IMG/VR virus record: IMGVR_UViG_3300017908_000183
Coordinates: 1 to 39,461 of that record
Length of the DNA stretch: 39,461 nt
DNA from: a virus
Taxonomy: Duplodnaviria > Caudoviricetes
Reading direction: 5' to 3' (one strand)
The notes beneath the pieces are model-generated. The model was not told where the DNA came from and made no database searches. It saw only the letters and a list, made by a program, of their open reading frames with translations. This document shows, piece by piece, positions 34,193 through 39,461 of the stretch (position 1 is the first letter of the stretch; each line of letters starts with the position of its first letter). The translations under genes were made by a program, and so were the position numbers.

Positions 34193-36154
34193 TTACCTGT
34201 TTTGGTTATATCTTCTTAATTGGATAGAAGGAACTGCGTTATCGATAATATGTGCTAAGTGGTTATCTCTAACTACATACTGTTGTAGAACATTAGTATG
34301 TTGGTCTTTACCAATAGTTTTCTTAAATAATCTAAAGTTAGTTAGTGCTAATTTACCTGGCATAAGTGACCATTGCTTCTTAGTATTCCATCCCATAGCT
34401 GAAGGAATTTCTGCAGTAGCATCCATTACTTCTTGTAGAGAATCAGAAACTGGCATTGAAGTTAATGTATTACTCTGTGGGTTTAACTTATACACATAGG
34501 CTCCAGTATTCGCGAAACTATTATTTAGATTATAGACTAATCCATACCAATTACCATTTTCTACTGGAGTTGTAAATGGATATTGTAGAACTTGGTCATT
34601 AACGTATGCTTTAATTACAGTTTTATTGACTGTAAGTTTTATACCTTTATTACCTTGCCATCCATCAATAATAGTCTGCTCTGCAGTATTAGATGTTAGA
34701 TTAGGTTTAAACCAAGTAGTAATAGCTAAGTTTTTATCTACAGGTAATACAGAGTATTTCTTATATAGTAGTGCTTCGATACCTAAGTCTTTTACAGACT
34801 CTAAGTCATAAGAGTTCTTTGCAATAATTGTCCACTTATTTCTAACCTCTTTATCTGAGATAGTTAAGCCATTGTGAATTCTATCTCTAATTCCATCAGC
34901 AACTTCTGAGAATACTGTTTGATATTGAGCTGGTTTTCCAATCTGAGTGTACTCGTCTTGAATCTCTTCACCGAATACTTCTTCAACTCCAGTATATAAA
35001 TCATCTAGTGCTGTATCGATTGCTTGTCCTTCTGCAGTATCTGTATCAATAATACTAGAGCTTCTCTCTTCGTATTTCTTCAACATTAATCTCCAATAAG
35101 TCATAGTCTGATTGAATTCATCAGCTAAACTTACAGAACTAACTTCATACATTCTATTCATAATTGGAATGTACATATAGTCTCTTGGTCTTGGATGAAT
35201 ACCTTCACCGAACGCTTGTTCCATCTGACCTTTTGTAATATGAATCTCAAATTCTTCAAAGCCCATACCGAAAATATCATAAGTAAATTCTCTGGTTGGC
35301 ATTTCATTATCCGGAACCATAACTTTTACATTACCCTGCTCTTTTACATTATAGAGTGAGTATTCCATTAAGACAACATCTCTAGATCTCTTGTCTGGTT
35401 CTACTCTAAAGTATTGAGTGTCGTGACCCCACATCTTAGATGCTAATTCACTGATTTCAGAGTAAATTGCTACAGGTCTAGCTAAATTATATGGATCGTA
35501 AATAGGATCTGAACAGTCAATTACGATATTAGTACATCCTGGTAAATAAGGATCTGTACAGTCTGTACATATTTGAGGACAAGATTGAATTGTTCCATTT
35601 GCAGTCTGTAACTCAAATGTAACTGATAATAGACTTAAAGATTTTAATGATTGTAGACGATAAACCTCTGCTTTTACATCTACCCAAAATGGTTTTGTAG
35701 GATCGATAGTTAAACCTAATAAATCTCTAGGACCAATTCCATTATTTAAGGGTCTTAATTCTGACATTTGACCACCATCTTCCTCTGTAGATTGTGACCA
35801 TCTAAATTCGTATGTGAAATAGTTATCTTGATCTGGCACTTCATACCATGGAGCAGCCGCTGCAGTAAATTCAGCGTTTGTCTCAGTTGTAATTGTATCT
35901 GCTGTAATAGTTTGAACTTGAAAAGTTTGACCACCAACAATAAATTGACTACCTGGTGTTAATGTCCAGTTGACACCAGTACCTCTCATTACGTTACTGC
36001 CTTCATTAACTTCTAGAGTACCAATACTATTTGGACTGTTTACACCAACTAAGATGTTATAGCCTAAAACTCGCTCTACGTTAGAATAAGGTTCCTGTAG
36101 TTTAGCGAAGAAATAATCTCCTATTGCATCTGCTGTAAAATTTGTTACCGCCAT
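34193..36154 (-). CDS. Neck protein (T4 gp14-like core) with N-terminal extension and C-terminal LamG/ConA-like domain
   Basis: PRPRDYMYIPIMNRMYEVSSV resembles gp14; AITTWFKP...GNWYGLVY...LTNFRLF resembles LamG. Confidence 0.6.
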   Translation of the reverse strand: MAVTNFTADAIGDYFFAKLQEPYSNVERVLGYNILVGVNSPNSIGTLEVNEGSNVMRGTGVNWTLTPGSQFIVGGQTFQVQTITADTITTETNAEFTAAAAPWYEVPDQDNYFTYEFRWSQSTEEDGGQMSELRPLNNGIGPRDLLGLTIDPTKPFWVDVKAEVYRLQSLKSLSLLSVTFELQTANGTIQSCPQICTDCTDPYLPGCTNIVIDCSDPIYDPYNLARPVAIYSEISELASKMWGHDTQYFRVEPDKRSRDVVLMEYSLYNVKEQGNVKVMVPDNEMPTREFTYDIFGMGFEEFEIHITKGQMEQAFGEGIHPRPRDYMYIPIMNRMYEVSSVSLADEFNQTMTYWRLMLKKYEERSSSIIDTDTAEGQAIDTALDDLYTGVEEVFGEEIQDEYTQIGKPAQYQTVFSEVADGIRDRIHNGLTISDKEVRNKWTIIAKNSYDLESVKDLGIEALLYKKYSVLPVDKNLAITTWFKPNLTSNTAEQTIIDGWQGNKGIKLTVNKTVIKAYVNDQVLQYPFTTPVENGNWYGLVYNLNNSFANTGAYVYKLNPQSNTLTSMPVSDSLQEVMDATAEIPSAMGWNTKKQWSLMPGKLALTNFRLFKKTIGKDQHTNVLQQYVVRDNHLAHIIDNAVPSIQLRRYNQNR

Positions 36155-36183
36155 ATTGAAAGACTATGAGTCTATTATTTTTA

Positions 36184-36192
36184 TTATATATC
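36184..36192 (-). promoter_or_regulatory. Putative late promoter GATATATAA
   Basis: Overlaps the stop of the upstream gene, about 30 nt before the neck gene ATG. Confidence 0.6.
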
Positions 36193-36834
36193 TGACTCCC
36201 AGTCGGTGATTAAGAGCATTTCAGGGTTATCTGACTCATGATGCTCTAATGTATGGATAAATGCGTTAGTTACTCCTAGAATTTCTACTGTATTATTCTC
36301 CTGTTGGAATAAATCTAACGAGTTTAAGAAATCTTTTAGTTTAAATGTTTTAAATTTCTCGTTACGTCTAATTAGGCCTGCTTTCTGTAGAATAGTATTA
36401 GCTAATTGTAGTTCATGTGGATTAAATAAGTCAAACATACGAATACTTCCTCTAAGAATTTTAATATCGTATTTAATTGTTTTAACCTGGTCTACATTTA
36501 CAATTCTATTATAGCTAGAATTCATATTTAGATTTACTCTAATATATCTTAGATTTGGCATTGTTTGGAAAATTTGCCAAATAAAGTAAATTGAGGTAGC
36601 CTCTTTATGTATGTTGACATCACTAACTGCAGAGAATCTATTGACATCATCTCTAAAACCTACTTGCAAGTACTCTAACATTCTATCTTTTGAGACTAAC
36701 ATAGATTTATCACCAGTGGATCTGGTCTTAAAGTCTCTCATGATTACACCCCATAGTTTGAGGTCGATTGAGTTGTACTTGTATAAAGTAATGTCGATTA
36801 CTTCTGCAAAGTGATCTTCAGGCTTATTTTGCAT
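36184..36834 (-). CDS. Hypothetical protein
   Basis: 216-aa ORF; no motif recognised. Confidence 0.7.
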   Translation of the reverse strand: MQNKPEDHFAEVIDITLYKYNSIDLKLWGVIMRDFKTRSTGDKSMLVSKDRMLEYLQVGFRDDVNRFSAVSDVNIHKEATSIYFIWQIFQTMPNLRYIRVNLNMNSSYNRIVNVDQVKTIKYDIKILRGSIRMFDLFNPHELQLANTILQKAGLIRRNEKFKTFKLKDFLNSLDLFQQENNTVEILGVTNAFIHTLEHHESDNPEMLLITDWESDI

Positions 36835-37252
36835 AAACTTCTATCTGTTCTTCAATTTTTTTCAAGTCAGAATAGAGTGCATCTTTAGCGAATAGTTTAA
36901 GTTCGTCAAATTCTCTCTGTCCGATTTCATTTTTATCCATATAGATCTCTATAGACCTATCGCTGGGATTATATTTATCAGCCACATTTTTCTTAGCCTT
37001 TTTGGTTTTTGTGTAAAACCACCCAGGAACAGATTTGAACCTAGAGGCTACTGTAGCCCAACATTCAACCACATTGCCTCCATTTATACCGTTGATATTA
37101 AATAACTGCGCATTGCTAGGATATTTAATAGACATAAATCGATTAATCATGAAATGATGTCTCTTCTTGCTATGCTGTTTTAATTTACTGTATTGCGCAG
37201 GCTTTGTGAACATTATTTTCACAAAGTCAAATAACTTTGTTTCGTCTAACAT
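36824..37252 (-). CDS. Possible clamp loader small subunit (T4 gp62-like)
   Basis: LFDFVK...FMINRFMS pattern; near the clamp loader large subunit. Confidence 0.45.
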   Translation of the reverse strand: MLDETKLFDFVKIMFTKPAQYSKLKQHSKKRHHFMINRFMSIKYPSNAQLFNINGINGGNVVECWATVASRFKSVPGWFYTKTKKAKKNVADKYNPSDRSIEIYMDKNEIGQREFDELKLFAKDALYSDLKKIEEQIEVYAK

Positions 37253-37256
37253 GTTT

Positions 37257-37284
37257 ATTATATGTTAATAAGTACTAAAGTTTA
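37257..37284 (-). promoter_or_regulatory. AAAC-N17-TATAAY promoter
   Basis: TAAAC-17 nt-TATAAT. Confidence 0.6.
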
Positions 37285-37440
37285 CTTACACCACTCTTGA
37301 AAAGCCATTTGATATGCCTCTTCGATGCCGTAACCTTCATCTAAGAATTTATATGCCCATCTTTGTACTTCTTCTTTCATACCATAAGCATTAGCTTCTG
37401 CTAAAATCTCTTCAATTAGTAAATGCTCATTTAATGTCAT
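37282..37440 (-). CDS. Small hypothetical protein (52 aa; not in track)
   Basis: MTLNEHLLIEEILAEANAYGMKEEVQRWAYKFLDEGYGIEEAYQMAFQEWCK*; TAATG coupling. Confidence 0.6.
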   Translation of the reverse strand: MTLNEHLLIEEILAEANAYGMKEEVQRWAYKFLDEGYGIEEAYQMAFQEWCK

Positions 37441-38708
37441 TAGAATAATTTTTTAGTTGGGTCTTTCTTTGTAGTTCTTTTTTGCGTTTTTTTACCTACT
37501 AGTTTCATTGGAGACTTCTTAGGCTCTTCTGGAACATCCATACCTGCAAATGGGTCTGGTGCAAAATTAGCTTTCTTAGCAGTCTCTAACCAATCCGTAC
37601 CTTCTAAGATTTTATCCATCTCCATGATAGATTCTTTAGACTCGATTGCACCTTCCCAATCTAATTCAATAGCTTCATAGATAGCTTTTTGAATTGGATC
37701 TGGAATAGTCTTATTGTGCAATAACATAAGAGCTATGTTAGTAGTCAGATTAGTTTTGATTAGAGTAGTATTTGTTTGTCCTACAACTCTGTAAATAATA
37801 TCTGATAGAATATCTTTAGCTTCTGATGAGAATAAGAAGTCAATAGTAAAACCATCATATTCTTTTACATACTGCTTCCAGATATTATCTGCAGTTTTAT
37901 CTGTGATAGAATAGTTTCTAAGTTTACCATTCTTCATTTCTTTCTGCCATGTTACAACTGACTGGATATTATCTGATTTATCACCGACAAGTATTTTCTT
38001 GAAGATAAACTCATCACAGTCTACTTCTTGAATCTTAATCTTGTTAGCTTTAACCCAGTCTAGAATATCATTCTGATAGTTATCTCTAGTCATGGCAGAA
38101 CCGCCCATGTTGAATAACATATCATCATTAGATATTTCTTTAGTTGCTGAAGTATTCATGTCCTTCTCGAAACCTTTATATGCATAAAGAGTTTTCTTAG
38201 TATTGTAGTACCAAATAGTGTGAGCATCATTAGTATCTGAATAGTTAACTAATTGAATTAAGTCTCTGTCACCTGTCCAAACAATACATGATTTACCTCT
38301 GGCATTCAACATAGTTGACCAACCGAAGATAACATCATCTGCTTCTGCACCTTGAATTTGATGTACAGTAACACCTTTACTTGCTACAACTTTTTGGAAT
38401 TCTTCATAGACTGCATATACTGATGGCCAGTCTACTGTTTGATTTTGTTTTCTTGTACCTTTATAGTCGGATGCAGGGAATAGGTCCTTTCTCCATGATT
38501 TAGAGTCTACTGCTAAGACTACGTCGTCTACAAACATTTTTAACTTTCGCATCTCTGATGCAAAGTCAATGGCTAACTTACGCATAAACTGCGCTCTCTG
38601 TTTATCATCTTCTAGTAGTTTACCTTGCTTAGGTTTAGGTAATACGAATAATCTACTGAAGACGAAATAGTTACCGTCGATTAATAGTGTATGTTTTCCC
38701 ACTTTCAT
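37440..38708 (-). CDS. 5'-3' exonuclease / flap endonuclease (T4 RNase H-like)
   Basis: LLIDGN, WRKDLF..YKGTR, EADDVI, TGDRDLIQL, LVGDKSDNI. Confidence 0.92.
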   Translation of the reverse strand: MKVGKHTLLIDGNYFVFSRLFVLPKPKQGKLLEDDKQRAQFMRKLAIDFASEMRKLKMFVDDVVLAVDSKSWRKDLFPASDYKGTRKQNQTVDWPSVYAVYEEFQKVVASKGVTVHQIQGAEADDVIFGWSTMLNARGKSCIVWTGDRDLIQLVNYSDTNDAHTIWYYNTKKTLYAYKGFEKDMNTSATKEISNDDMLFNMGGSAMTRDNYQNDILDWVKANKIKIQEVDCDEFIFKKILVGDKSDNIQSVVTWQKEMKNGKLRNYSITDKTADNIWKQYVKEYDGFTIDFLFSSEAKDILSDIIYRVVGQTNTTLIKTNLTTNIALMLLHNKTIPDPIQKAIYEAIELDWEGAIESKESIMEMDKILEGTDWLETAKKANFAPDPFAGMDVPEEPKKSPMKLVGKKTQKRTTKKDPTKKLF

Positions 38709-38732
38709 ATCTTGTATTTCTTATGCTTCCTA

Positions 38733-38784
38733 TACAAATATAATAAAAATATCTGACATAGAAAAATTATTTAACACTTATTTT
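38733..38784 (-). promoter_or_regulatory. 52-bp early-type promoter, copy 4
   Basis: AAAATAAGTG...TGTCA-N11-TATATTTGTA. Confidence 0.7.
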
Positions 38785-38787
38785 GCT

Positions 38788-39461
38788 TTAATTTGCCTTT
38801 ATTATACCTTGTATCTCGTAAACGCAACTCAACATTGTGATTACGGGATCGATTACATGAACTCTCTGCTGTTGGTGTTTAGCTACAGAAATAATGATCT
38901 GTGGGATATGCTTTACCGATTGCAATTGTTCTTGTTGTATATATTCGACAAACTCTTCACCTAACGTTTGTAATACATCATCTACTCTATTAGAATAATT
39001 GCTTACTAACATTTGGTAATTCTTAGCTGGATCTGTCTCATTAAATACTAATTCAAAAACATCTTTATAGACTGAGTTAAATCTCTTAACATCTTGTACT
39101 GTAATGTTAGTAGTGCCTTGAGTCTTATAGCCTTGTAGTTTGTTTAGAGTAGATCTTAGATCTGGGAAATTACGTCTAACAAACTCTACAAGAGCCTCTT
39201 TATCGATAGTCATTCCCTCTTGCTTACAGATCTCATATACTCTACGAATATACTTCTTAGTCAATTCAGACTCTTCTTCTTTATCAAAGTCAAAGTTAAT
39301 AACTTCAAATCTTGAAAGGATAGGATCTGGTAATTTATTAATGTAATTACAAGTTGCAATAAACCTAGAGTTACTAGCAAATTGCTCCATTGTAGCACGA
39401 AGTGCTTTAAAGAACTGGTCAGATACACCGTCAACCTCATCGAGGATAACCACTTTAAATG
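38788..39461 (-). CDS. Clamp loader large subunit (RFC / T4 gp44-like), 5'-truncated
   Basis: VILDEVD (Walker B), ALRATMEQF, FIATCNY, ILSRF, FPDLRSTLN. Confidence 0.92.
   Translation of the reverse strand, partial: FKVVILDEVDGVSDQFFKALRATMEQFASNSRFIATCNYINKLPDPILSRFEVINFDFDKEEESELTKKYIRRVYEICKQEGMTIDKEALVEFVRRNFPDLRSTLNKLQGYKTQGTTNITVQDVKRFNSVYKDVFELVFNETDPAKNYQMLVSNYSNRVDDVLQTLGEEFVEYIQQEQLQSVKHIPQIIISVAKHQQQRVHVIDPVITMLSCVYEIQGIIKAN

Overview
AT-rich (GC estimated by eye, well below 50%) 39.5 kb fragment of a large T4-like myovirus (jumbo phage) genome, standard genetic code, almost all genes on the - strand. The host is most likely a Bacteroidota/Flavobacteriia species, inferred from a T9SS C-terminal signal and TAnnTTTG-type promoters. 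The right half (23-39.5 kb) carries core phage genes: clamp loader, 5'-3' exonuclease, neck protein, small and large terminase, tail sheath, tail tube, baseplate hub/chaperone pair and tape measure. The middle (5.6-23 kb) carries auxiliary metabolic genes (glyA, mgsA, gmk, IMPDH/GMPR, two cytidylyltransferases, GT25, FkbM-like, flavodoxin-fold reductase), an ECF sigma factor, a strongly NEIL1-like glycosylase, a DUF2589 pair and nine tRNAs, including a rare Ile(UAU). Within the tRNA array are two unexplained structured RNAs: a 142-nt tRNA-like RNA with a greatly expanded anticodon arm, and a ~270-nt multi-hairpin element. The left end encodes secreted proteins: cohesin-like, PA14 plus dockerin-like, and an M43 metalloprotease with a T9SS type-B CTD. 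Three recurring promoter motifs were read directly from the sequence (52-bp early type, AAAC-N17-TATAAY, GATATATAA late type), suggesting a three-tier transcription cascade in which the secreted-protein module is a late module. All family assignments come from motif recognition by eye, not from database searches.
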